Shown here piece after piece: positions 24,997 through 37,008 of a DNA stretch of 64,000 nt. A program made the position numbers and the translations under genes. The stretch is from Fimbriosthenelais zetlandica (Eukaryota): assembly GCA_977030845.1 (NCBI GenBank), contig OZ365116.1, positions 4,154,001 through 4,218,000 on the forward strand, written 5' to 3'. Position 1 is the stretch's first letter; every line of letters starts with the position of its first letter. The notes beneath the pieces are model-generated. The model made no database searches and was not told where the DNA came from. It saw only the letters and a list, made by a program, of their open reading frames with translations.

Positions 24997-26283
24997 TGGC
25001 CCTGCTTTCCCTATCATATAGCCAAGCCATTAGTCATATGTCTCTCTTACAAACATTTTATTAAGTAGATATTATTAATCCTTCCATAAGTCAAGGTTTG
25101 AGATGAATTACATATGGTATGAATATATATATAGAGAGAGATTGTAAATTGTAAAGTTGCGAGTATATATGCTCTCCTTGACTTACTTGTAATTTGGATC
25201 ATGTTTGGTGGCCCTAGGCCACCTACACGTCCCGGGGATGTTAGTTTAGACCCATGATTGATACAGGTACAGTAATGTGATATGTATAACTAATGGTCTT
25301 TATTTTATATTCTATTCCAGGTAAGTCCTCATCCTTGCCAGAATCTCCTATAAATTTCCCTGAACGTACGGTTAGTCAAATGAACATTTTCTAAAATAGT
25401 GTTTTGTTTACAATCATAAAACATTGTTGAATGCAGCAAATAATGTTAGAATAGAAAGTAGTGTCGTGTTTCATGCTGTGAAAGTACATGTTATTTGTGA
25501 TTGAAAAAATGATGGTGTATGGAGGTGATGCAAGCAGAATGTGTACAATGGTAATACTTCATTACAGGATATCACATCTCACATGTCTTCATGTGCACCA
25601 CTCACCATGTGAGCTATTCTTTCATTAGACTTGTATATTATTTACGACTACGTCAAACAGTTGGATCCATCTGAATGATTTAATTGGCCTGCCACTCACA
25701 ACTGCAACTACCTAACTCAATCAATCCAGCTTTTAGATATTTTTATGACTTTTCAAAAACGGGCCATGTATCACCGATTCTTCAAAGCTTTGATGATTGA
25801 ATCATAATTGGTAGAAATGTATTTGATTCGGTTTTGGATTAGTACACTCAAAAGGGGTTGAACCTCTTTTCCAATGCCATTCTCCAAATTAATTATATAG
25901 TGCATGCACTTACAGTGTACTAAATCGCATAGTGCATGGGGAATTTTGGCACAAATAAATTAATTGCCGGGAATGAGACACCAAACAAGTCTAATTGGTA
26001 GAAACCATAGTATGTCTATGATAGAAACATATCTGATTGTTGGTCACTGGTTTCTTGCTCGTTTCTCCATCCATCACTCCCTCTCTACACAATGTAGACA
26101 CTATTGCCCTCCATGTAATGTTTTCCACATTTTTACATCTCTCTCCGACCCTGGAACAACATGCCATGCCCTCACACAGTGTGTTATCCGTGCTAAATAT
26201 GCTCCCTCCATGCCTCGAAAACAATGCTATGTGACCATTCCACAGCCCGTCATGGGGCAGCCCCACCAGGGTTCTTTTATTTA

Positions 26284-26450
26284 CCTTGCGTGTGTTGCAA
26301 CTTTGTTGAAGCTAGCCCTTGTGTTTTTACTATGGCCTCAACTGCCATATCTGTCACACCACTCGCACCGTCGCTAATAGCAAGCCCTGTTAATGCAGTT
26401 GTACTTGCGACAGTTGCGACAGAATATCCATTGTATCTATATCATTATAC
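26284..26450. repeat. Copy of unclassified decayed dispersed repeat (anchor P)
   Basis: GCTAGCCCTTGTG..CTATGGCCTCAACTGCCATATCTGTCACACCACTCGCA.. aligns with the copies at 11426, 38860 and 54165. Confidence 0.7.
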
Positions 26451-29400
26451 TGGCCAACTCGTTCAAGGTAAAGAATCCTGGAAGATTTTGCCATGATGGA
26501 AAGCCCAACCCCATCGGAATAATTTAAATGTAAAAGCTGAAAACAAATGTTGAAATACAAGAGCCATTGCCCATACGTAATACTGTTTTACTTCAACTTT
26601 ATTTCTTCAAAATATTAAGAGGTTTATAGTCAACTACAAATTGCCATATCTTGTAACTGCTGTTTGCTGCTCCACTTGAGGTATCTGTTCCAATACAGGG
26701 CCGTTGACACTTATGATTAGAGGTAATTTGCAACGTTTACCCAGCTGAAAAGCTAGGTTTTCTAATTGCCAAATCAGTTCCTTTAAAAGCATAAACATTA
26801 GCTTAAGGTTTTGTTCCTGTGAATACAGAAGGTGGGGCTGGACATTGTCGTTGGATGGTAATGGATTATTTTTTGTCTGTTACTCTGTGAGGTCAGCCTA
26901 AGAAAAGTGGGAAAGACCACATGTGATGGTTAGTATTGTATGTCCCCATACACAGTGGTTAGTGTTAGCGATGGGCGATGGGGGAGGGGGGGGGGGGAGG
27001 CTGAGGGGGAGGCGATTGGTGACCTCTAACTCGGGAGTCGCTGAAACCTCATGGTCCGTGCTCAACTTGGATCCCTCCCAGATATGGAATCACTCATATG
27101 ACATTACCCATTTCATCCATAAAAATATCTCCATTTATTTCTCTTCAAATAACTCAGTACTGCACACAAGTGAGTCCCATGCTGAGCCCTTTGACCCACG
27201 AATTCTTTTCCTTTTAAAAATGAGTGGTACAAATGGAGACTGTATAAAAAGAGTGAGGCAGTTAAAGAGAATAGTTGGCTCAATGCCCCATCTTGCAGCC
27301 CGTTACGTTGCTTCTTGTCATATTTTTTGACATGCTGGACATGTTTCATGTTAGTGACATGCTAGGTGGAGGTATTACATGCATGCTGGCTGCTGGTCTT
27401 ATATTACATGGGAGAGACAGGGGGGTCGCTCCTGTCGCTCCTGTCTCACTATACCTACCTTTCCAGGCCATTTTCCATCGCTCCATTTCTGAATTTTTCG
27501 TTCCCATAGCGATATTTCCTCGTTTATGTGTCCTATGTCCATTCCAATAAAACATTGCATTTATAAGGAAAAGGGGGAATCTTAAAAAATATATTGTGTG
27601 TGGACAAAAGGCAGAGTATTTACTAATGTAGCCTACTTATAATATGCCACTATTTCTCTCAGTCCTATACGACACATCCACATGGAAAGTATTTGCTTAC
27701 AAAATCAACCAAATCCAGAACAGAGGCCCAAGGGCATTCTAAAATACCCACTTACATCCATAGATTGGCTCAGATTTGCTGAAGTTCTTCTGATAACATG
27801 TAAAAATCACAAATGGTCCCAGTGACCCATTTAGGGGGATGTTTCAAAGAATAATGTGCTTTGAAATTCGTTTTAGAATTGCAAGCATCCTTGATCAGAT
27901 TCAGGATGGACTCTTAAGGGTTCAAGAGGTACATCTTGTATTAGACCCACAAAGCTTGAAGTTTTAAAAATATCTTTTACGAGAGGAAAATCTCATTTAT
28001 TTTCGTGCCTGAATTCGATAATGAAACAAGTACGTACCAGATTAGATTCAGTGGCGAGGCTAATTAATTTTCTAATCGAAAGTAATTTTTAATGGACAGT
28101 TTTCAAATGGGCCTTGATCGGGTAGCAACAGAGGTTATTTTGCCTTGCGATTTTGCTGCGGCTATCCCTACAATGTGGCTGACGTTTCTATGGATTTCCT
28201 GATGTTGGAAGTACATGAGTAAGCTTGTTTGTGTTTGTAAACAGTCATAAAGAGCATTAATGTATGTGTTGGGATTTCTCTGGCTGATATACTATGAGTT
28301 AACACGCTGCCATGTTTGTGATCAGCCCTGTGTGGGTCGGCTTATCTCAGACCTTTTGTGATACATATTACACGGGCGTGCTGTTCTTGTTTTAAGGCTC
28401 TTTTTATATTTCACTGTGGGCGATAAAAGGTGCACCCTGATCAGAAGCCCTTCATGTACAGGCCCTCCTTCCCCAAAGTCACTAAAAATTCACCCTCTAG
28501 CTTCGTCCCCTCCTCTCCATTGCTTTGAATACCTCTACCCAATCTCTGTCCCTTTCTGAATCTCTATATCCTTTGTCTATCCCTCTGGAATGCCCTATCT
28601 CCCAGCCTTCTTGGGTCTGCTTGGACATTTTACCTGGGAGTATACCACTTGTTGATTTCTTATATAGCGTCACCATATCGTGACAATCGTCCCTATTGAA
28701 TGGAATCAGTCATCCCCGTATGCTTGGTTCCTATATCAAATACTTGGTGGGCAGAGATAACCTGTTCACAGTGAGTTCCTCCAAGGATCATCTTCTTGTT
28801 TGCCTTCAGGGATGGATGGCCGGGCTGATAGCCACCTTTTGTCAATGTCCTGATCACTCAAGCTCAATTTGCATGTTTTCCATTTTGAGGGCCTCCCCAA
28901 TTCGCTTCAATTGAAGGCTGGGACATTAACTGATGCACACTTTGCAGGCTGTGATTGAATATTAAGTGATAATCTTCACCCGGCTTATCTCTCCACACCC
29001 TCTCATTCTCACCCATATTAAAGCTCTCCCCGTTCTTCGCGTTCTCAGATTCTCGACAAATTTCCAACCGTTCCATCCCTTGAGGACAGAGCGTCCCAAA
29101 CGCATGTTTGGGATGGATAATGGAATTTGATTTTTCACCAGAGTAAAGTTGGGCCCTCGTGGATGGCAGGTCTGATGGATGTATGTTAAATTGATAGGGT
29201 AATCAGTGAGATGGGCATGATGTATTAGAGTGGAATGATTGGGGCAGCAGTCCTAATAATAAAACATGCAGTCAGTAAAATATTCTAGTTACCCCTATCT
29301 ATGTTCAATCCAAGCATCTGCCTCCATCCATGAACGAGTGTTTGAAAATACACAATCACTCATAGAAAGATGCTCAATACAAAGCCGTGGGCGGTGATAT

Positions 29401-31696
29401 GCCACTACAGATGCTTAATGTATGACATATTATTAATGATACTATAGTAGTACATATATTCTGGCCTCAGAAAGTGACAAATATAGCCTTTTATCATTAG
29501 GGAAATATGGATGTTTAAATGTACATGTTGGGAGGCTGGGGGATTAATCTTGGTATAGAAGTTGATCTGGACGCCTGCTAGGCATTTCTCCTCCACCAGG
29601 CCGCTGGTTAAATATGTATGTACCTGCTATGTAATTCATGCCCCAGTAGATCCCTCACCCATATCACTCATATCTACCTCTAGCCTTCCCCCTCCCGGCA
29701 GAATCATCCACCACTAGATCCCCATCATCATTCCATGGCTTGTCAATCGTTTGACATTCAAGCTTATACTTTGACATATGCCTGTGATTGTTTACAATAG
29801 GAATAACTGTCCAATATATTCTGGCTACATTGCTCACTTAGCTTTGGGCTAACAATTATTTGTCTCATCCACATTTGTGTTTAAACATGCCTTTAGTTTA
29901 ATAAATAATTGTCTGTTTAGCCATATTAAGAATATTAAGTCATTAAATGGACATGGATTTATAAAAATGAAGAGTGAAGCTCATGTGCTGATCTAATTCA
30001 GAATGTGAAATTAGAGGTTTATGGCAGACCTGAAGTTTGTTTTCTTTCTGATCATATTTGGCTGATGGTTCACCAAAACCTCAGCTCATAATATACATTG
30101 AGAACCACGTGATGGTACCCGTGCACTGTGAGCAAGGCTTCCAGGACTCGCGTCAAACCCTTGGCTCTCATTTAGGTGAATACCAGCTCTTTTGGCAATG
30201 GTTTTAATGTTGGCAGTTATATTGGTTTTGGCATGGAAATAGAGCCCCGGTAAAGGCGGGGGGGGGGGGGAGCTCATGGTGGTGCATTATATAGACCACA
30301 AGCGTGTGCAGGGTGCATGTAAACATATAAACCCACACCCTTCAATTGCTCCAGATTTTCACCTCACAAACTTGTGTAATTGTGAGTTATAAGAGAGCTG
30401 CTCTCCACCTCTCAAAACAAACAAGTACCATTCCAGAATCACTATTATCATTGGAGTCCACTATTATTTGTATTTCAGTCAAAAAGCCAACAGCTTTTTT
30501 GACTATTCATCTTTAAATAAGGAACTGAAATGTCGAGACATTCTCAAGAAGGGAAATGGTTCTGATGATACTTCAATGATCAGCTTCTTATTGGCAGCTG
30601 CCTACATTTAAGTACCGGTATATATTGCTTGGTTTGATGAGAGTTCATTGTCTCTGGTTTGATAGAGCTGGGATCAGGGGTTCCTCCACTATGTTGACTC
30701 ACACCCCCTGTGACCAGCCAAGCCTTGTTGTGAGCCCGTCTCCAGGGCTGAGTCAGTGAATCACTCGGTTTTGAGCTGCTCGCATTGTTTGAAGATGATG
30801 TCTTGTGAGATGATGAGAGATAAGGAGCAGGCTATTATAGATAAAGCTCTGAGCTTTCACATGCCTCCTGTCACCCATCACATGACCTCCCCCTCACATT
30901 GCCCCATATTCTTCATCCCTCCTATGCTCACTCCCATGTTACTCCGATACATCTCATTGTACCCCACACATCCAATCTCCAAAAACGGACAGTTTGGCCA
31001 GAAAAGCTTAAATGAAAAGGATTCATCTCTGAAATTTAATTTGAAACAAAAACAGTTCAATTACGCTGTGAATCGTAAGTGATGATGGATTGTGGGGGCG
31101 GAATGATTTAAAAATGTGTCAATTTTATTGTTCAAACCTTGTGTTTTCTAAAGCACATGGGCAGTACTCAACTGACTGCCTGTTTTTGTTATGTTTCCAT
31201 AAGCTGTATCTTATATGAAGACGTTGGAAAGCCCCTCCCCCTTGGAGATAATGGCATCTGTGTTGAGTAATCATTGAGTTATTCCCCCGTGGAATGAGAC
31301 ATAAGTAGCATGGATTGTAACTAAGAATATCCAGAGACAATACCGGACCTAGACCCACTACAGATGACCTCTTGCCATGAATGTATTTATCCTCCCTTTT
31401 TTTGGGTCAGGAGCAAACAATTCTTATCACATTCTCTGAGCAGAAAGATAAACAAACCTTTTTATATTGACCCATATCTGTGCCAACAGATACAATTTTA
31501 GTTTTGTCAATTTGATGGAATATAAAAAAGTAGATGGATTTCCAATTGCAATAATTCATTGTATCCAGAATCCTTTTTTTTTGAGTATTTATGTCCATGT
31601 TTCATTCTCGTTCCCTTGTAATATTTCTTGCTACCAATTACATGAACTGAGGTATGGAGGAGGTGGGTGGAGTCTATGGGAATAAAAAACGTACCT

Positions 31697-31715
31697 ATTT
31701 ATTATTTATTTATTT
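31697..31715 (-). repeat. LINE 3' microsatellite tail (AAAT)n
   Basis: Plus ATTTATTATTTATTTATTT reads AAATAAATAAATAATAAAT on the element strand. Short tandem tails are typical of CR1/L2-group LINEs. Confidence 0.8.
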
Positions 31716-32159
31716 GCACATACATGTGGCGTCAAGCCTGTCACCTAAATTCTCGGTTATAGCCGAGGTTTTCAATTTAAGTTGTAGTCATATAATGTAT
31801 AGAAATTCTAAATGGTGAGAATACAAATACAATATCAGAATACAAATAAAAACAAAATCTTTAACAAATATGTCTTACAGTAACAGTAACAGTAATAATG
31901 ACAAGAAGAATACAATAACAGCCTTTCATACAACTTGCATACCATTAACACTTTGACCACCCATCTCTAAATGAGTGCCGATACGAATTAGTAATTACTA
32001 TGACATAAGTAGGGATATCATTCTGGGGTAAGGAGTAGGCCTATAACCTAGCTGCTTAGGGACGACTATAGAGTGGGGATGGGGGGGTGGAGGAGGAGTG
32101 CACTTCGAAAACAAAGCAGCACAACTCATCAGTTAGTTCATTAATTGATTAATTAATTC

Positions 32160-35159
32160 TTAGAAAAAAAACATGTCTTTCAGGTATTTTAGGAATTTAT
32201 GTCTACAGGTTATTAGGTGTGCTGTTGTAACTGAGCTATTCCACCTTGACACTGCTTTAGTAATAAAACTATTTTCAAATTGTGCCGAATTAGGTCTCTT
32301 CGCTTTAAGTTGACGCCGGCCAACAGAAAAGTTCCTTGTTGTTAAATTTCTACTGTCCAAGTTATATTCTTTTGAAGCAAGTCTATGTGCGTAGCTTAGA
32401 AGGTGCATTTCTCTCCTACTTGAGAGATTAAGTATGTGCAAAGTTTTATGCCCCTTAATAATGTCTGGGTATTTGCCCTCTCTCAAGATTGTTTTTATTG
32501 CCCAGTTTTGTATTCGCTGTAATTTATGTAACATCATTTTTGGTGCAGAGTCATAAAAAATATCGCCGTAATCTAAAAGGGGGAGAATCATAACTTTATA
32601 TATATTTAATGCTGTTCTTTTTGTTAGCGCTCCCCTGACTCTGGACAATTGTTTTACCCGCAATGAGGCCATCTGTACTGTTTTAGCAATATGCGACTTG
32701 AATGACAACGTGTGGTCCAGGACAACTCCTAAATATCTATATTCATTTACATTTTCAAGGTCTGTGTTATTTACTTTAAATGGTAACATAGATGTGGGGG
32801 ACATAACAGACCTAGCATTTCCATACGCAACTGATTTTGTTTTACCAATGTTAACAGAGAGCTTGTTCTTTCTGGTCCAGAGCATGAAAATATCTAGTGA
32901 GTTTTGCAGTCTGTCATGCAATGCGCTTGGACAGATATCAGCATCAAAAAGTACAGTGTCATCAGCAAATAGAGCAAATTTAGATGAGTGTAGATATTTT
33001 TGTAAGTCGTTGATATAAATATTAAACAGGAGCGGACCCAAGGTGCTTCCCTGCGGAACACCGCAAGATAAAGGTGCTAAATCGGAACATTTTCCATGAA
33101 GGTTCACATAGTGAGATCTGTTTGATATATAGCTTCTGAACCATTGTAAGACATTCTCAGATATATTAAGATCAGCCATTTTGTTCATTAAGATACTGTG
33201 GTCTATTGTATCGAATGCTTTAGCTAGGTCGACATAAATAGCCCGACACTTTTTCTTCATATTAAGGTTTTCATAAATGTATTTTAAAACAAAACCAATG
33301 GCTTGTTCAGTAGAACGCCCATGTCTGAATCCGAACTGTTGTTCTGCTAAGAGTTCCTCAGATTCGAGGTATGACATTAGCTGTTTATGCACTGCTTTCT
33401 CTAATATTTTGGCAGGGAGTTTGATACACGAGATTGGTCGGAAATTTTTCGGCTCTTTTTTGCTCCCAGATTTATAAATTGGAGTGATCCTGGTTGTTTT
33501 CCAAGATTTAGGGAATTGATTCTTTTCTATGGATAAGTTTAGAAGATTTAGAAGTTTATGGATTAAAATACGGAAGGCTGATTTTAAAATCCTAGTTGGG
33601 AGTCCATCAAGACCAGAACTTTTATATGGGTTAATATTTGAAATTATCTGCCGGACATCTTTTTCTTCAATATTATGAAATTGAAACTTCTGACCCCTTT
33701 CCCTATCAGCAATATTTAGGGTTTCACAAGGTATGCCATTTTGGGCATTATCATCCTGGAGTAAAGAATCTATTAAAATTTGTTGTTCATTGGGTGACAA
33801 AGGAGGGACTTGGCTAGCTAACTTCAAACCGACATTAGAATAATGGAGGTTAAAAACGTTTGGTGGATCAACAATACTAGGGTCATATTCTGACGGTTCT
33901 AAGTTATACACCACATCCTCATTCAGGTTCTTTTTGTTCAATAAATTATTAATTTTATCCCAAAATTCATGCGGGCTCTTTGAATTATTCTCAATGTCAT
34001 CAGAGATGAAATTATCTTTTTTAAATCTACATAACCTATTTACTTTATGTTTCATGGCTCTCGCCACTTCCCAATCAGTAGTTGATCTTGATTTCTTTGC
34101 TACCATGTATAATCTATCTTTTTCCCGTATAAGTGTCATTAATTCAGGGTCCACCCACTCAGATTTTTTTGGCAGATTTGAGAATGTTTTTATGGGACAA
34201 ATTAAATCTAATGCTTTTCGTATTTTTCCTTCCATTATTACCCAGCGGTCCTCAGGGCTACCAGAGCTATCAAAATCATCCCAATTATCAGTTAGCAGTA
34301 AATCCCTGAATTTTTCCTCATCAAAGAACCTTAGTTGTCTGCATTTAAAGGTAGTTCTCTCTTTTTGTACTGGTTTTTTCTTGAATATACAGAAGATTGG
34401 GCTATGATCACTAATGTTGGTGTTTATAACACCTGAACATCTCACTTTAGAGGAGGAGGTGTAAATATGATCTATTATGGAAGATGATTTCTGGGTTGTC
34501 CTCGTGGGTACGGATATTAATTGTTCTAGATTACAGCAGGAAGCGAGGTCTAGTATTTTTTTCTTTGGCATAGATTTGTCTTTTGCTATATCAATATTAA
34601 AATCCCCTAACATAGTGATGTCCCCTATATCATTTGTAGATATCAGAGCGTCACTCATGGCTGAAAGAGCCTGGTCCAAATTCCCGTCTGGGGGCCTATA
34701 TACATTAAATATTTTGAAGGATTTTATATACTTAGCTCTGAATATTAGGGTTTGCATTTCAAGTGATTTGTGTACAACACCATCTACGGGCTGGAAGGGT
34801 ATATTATCCACTATAAAACCATCTTTATAATATGTGAGAAGGCCACCACCTTTCTTTTTGCCCCTTACTCTATCATTTCTGATGAATTTATAACCTGGAA
34901 TAGCTAGGCTTCTACTGCTAATAACACCAGTCAACCAAGTTTCCTGCAAACATAGGATATCAGGATTTGTGTCTGCGATAAATACCTCTAATTCAGCCTT
35001 TTTAGGCAATACACTACGTATATTCAGACTTATTAACTTAATACCTTTGATTAAGACAACATCCTTAGTCTCAAGAAAACCAGTATTATACTTATCCCAA
35101 TTATGCATAGGGTCTCCATTACGCCCAGTATGATGGTTACTTCCCATTCTATTATCCAT
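32160..35159 (-). CDS. LINE ORF2: apurinic endonuclease + reverse transcriptase (999 aa, intact, no RNase H seen)
   Basis: APE motifs: SLNIRS, ILCLQETWL, GGGLLTY, VYRPP, LGDFNID, PTR..SSIIDHIY, ISDHSPI. RT motifs: KSSGLDG, WKTTRITPIYKSG, NFRPIS, QFGFRHGRST, VDLAKAFDTIDH, GVPQGSTLGPLLFNIYIND, LFADD, KTK, YLGVVLD. CR1-group C-terminus: LLDYGD..LQRIQN..SF...WNS. Confidence 0.97.
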   Translation of the reverse strand: MDNRMGSNHHTGRNGDPMHNWDKYNTGFLETKDVVLIKGIKLISLNIRSVLPKKAELEVFIADTNPDILCLQETWLTGVISSRSLAIPGYKFIRNDRVRGKKKGGGLLTYYKDGFIVDNIPFQPVDGVVHKSLEMQTLIFRAKYIKSFKIFNVYRPPDGNLDQALSAMSDALISTNDIGDITMLGDFNIDIAKDKSMPKKKILDLASCCNLEQLISVPTRTTQKSSSIIDHIYTSSSKVRCSGVINTNISDHSPIFCIFKKKPVQKERTTFKCRQLRFFDEEKFRDLLLTDNWDDFDSSGSPEDRWVIMEGKIRKALDLICPIKTFSNLPKKSEWVDPELMTLIREKDRLYMVAKKSRSTTDWEVARAMKHKVNRLCRFKKDNFISDDIENNSKSPHEFWDKINNLLNKKNLNEDVVYNLEPSEYDPSIVDPPNVFNLHYSNVGLKLASQVPPLSPNEQQILIDSLLQDDNAQNGIPCETLNIADRERGQKFQFHNIEEKDVRQIISNINPYKSSGLDGLPTRILKSAFRILIHKLLNLLNLSIEKNQFPKSWKTTRITPIYKSGSKKEPKNFRPISCIKLPAKILEKAVHKQLMSYLESEELLAEQQFGFRHGRSTEQAIGFVLKYIYENLNMKKKCRAIYVDLAKAFDTIDHSILMNKMADLNISENVLQWFRSYISNRSHYVNLHGKCSDLAPLSCGVPQGSTLGPLLFNIYINDLQKYLHSSKFALFADDTVLFDADICPSALHDRLQNSLDIFMLWTRKNKLSVNIGKTKSVAYGNARSVMSPTSMLPFKVNNTDLENVNEYRYLGVVLDHTLSFKSHIAKTVQMASLRVKQLSRVRGALTKRTALNIYKVMILPLLDYGDIFYDSAPKMMLHKLQRIQNWAIKTILREGKYPDIIKGHKTLHILNLSSRREMHLLSYAHRLASKEYNLDSRNLTTRNFSVGRRQLKAKRPNSAQFENSFITKAVSRWNSSVTTAHLITCRHKFLKYLKDMFFF

Positions 35160-35710
35160 TGTTTCTATTATCAGTTCCTATCACACTATCATTCATACCG
35201 AAGAGTATCAGAACATTTATACATAGCATAAGTTCTTTCATCTTATGCATATAAGCAATATTATGACAGATGTTAGATTCCATAAAAGTCCTTTGGAGTT
35301 CTAAATTTTAAAGCTTAAACCCAAAGCCAAAAGCCAATCAAGCCCTGTGGTTACAACTATTACTTGAATTCTACATTTTAGACTTAAACCCGATCGATCT
35401 CTGTGATTCGATCCCTTTTCATTTTGACTATACACGCAAATTATATTCTTTATAGTTAGTATAGGAGATGAATTAATGTCAACTTGATCTGTTCGAGTGA
35501 ATACTTCATACTTCAGCGATGACGCATCATGAGCTCAATCCTGTAGTAATATCACAGTACAGTAAATTGAAATACAAACATCATAACACAGAATAGTCCT
35601 GGAAGTAGCACCATCCATGGAGTGAAGATCAGGGTAACGGTAGCATCAGGTAATTAATACATGTGAATGTGGTAAGTCTTTTTTGTAGTGCACACTTCAT
35701 ACGTGACGCA

Positions 35711-36972
35711 TCATGTTCTAAATCCAGTAGTAATAGCACAATACACTAACTTCAAATACAAAGCTTAATGTATTGGTGCGTTTATGACCTTTCATACAGT
35801 TATGATAAGGTATAATATATATATATGATGTATGATGAGTGAGAAGATCGTTCATGTTCTAAATCCAGTAGTAATAGCACAATACACTAACTTCAAATAC
35901 AAAGCTTAATGTATTGGTGCGTTTATGACCTTTCATACAGTTATGATAAGGCATAATATATATATATATGATGTATGATGAGTGAGAAGATCGTTCATGT
36001 TCTAAATCCAGTAGTAATAGCACAATACACTAACTTCAAATACAAAGCTTAATGTATTGGTGCGTTTACGACCTTTCATACAGTTATGATAAGGTATAAT
36101 ATATGATGTATGATGAGTGAGAAGATCGTTCATGTTCTAAATCCAGTAGTAATAGCACAATACACTAACTTCAAATACAAAGCTTAATGTATTAGTGCGT
36201 TTATGACCTTTCATACAGTTATGATAAGGTATAATATATATATATGATGTATGATGAGTGAGAAGATCGTTCATGTTCTAAATCCAGTAGTAATAGCACA
36301 ATACACTAACTTCAAATACAAAGCTTAATGTATTGGTGCGTTTATGACCTTTCATACAGTTATGATAAGGCATAATATATATATATATGATGTATGATGA
36401 GTGAGAAGATCGTTCATGTTCTAAATCCAGTAGTAATAGCACAATACACTAACTTCAAATACAAAGCTTAATGTATTGGTGCGTTTATGACCTTTCATAC
36501 AGTTATGATAAGGCATAATATATGATGTATGATGAGTGAGAAGATCGTTCATGTTCTAAATCCAGTAGTAATAGCACAATACACTAACTTCAAATACAAA
36601 GCTTAATGTATTAGTGCGTTTATGACCTTTCATACAGTTATGATAAGGTATAATATATATATATGATGTATGATGAGTGAGAAGATCGTTCATGTTCTAA
36701 ATCCAGTAGTAATAGCACAATACACTAACTTCAAATACAAAGCTTAATGTATTGGTGCGTTTATGACCTTTCATACAGTTATGATAAGGCATAATATATA
36801 TATATATGATGTATGATGAGTGAGAAGATCGTTCATGTTCTAAATCCAGTAGTAATAGCACAATACACTAACTTCAAATACAAAGCTTAATGTATTGGTG
36901 CGTTTATGACCTTTCATACAGTTATGATAAGGCATAATATATGATGTATGATGAGTGAGAAGATCGTTCATG
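35711..36972. repeat. Minisatellite of 9 units (141/143/135 bp) forming a 3 x 419-bp higher-order repeat in the LINE inter-ORF spacer
   Basis: Unit starts (TCATGTTCTAAATCC) at 35711, 35852, 35995, 36130, 36271, 36414, 36549, 36690 and 36833, ending at 36967. Length differences come from an internal TA run of 11, 13 or 5 nt. There is one HindIII site (AAGCTT) per unit. Confidence 0.97.
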
Positions 36973-37008
36973 GTAGGCTATAATTATGATGAGTGATAAG
37001 GGCTTAGT

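Noticed and set aside
24698-25068. ORFs spanning the N run
   Set aside because: They are open only because of the 131-N assembly gap.
32698-34830. Plus-strand ORFs overlapping LINE ORF2 (also minus-strand ORFs inside transposase exons)
   Set aside because: Antisense shadows of a real coding frame.
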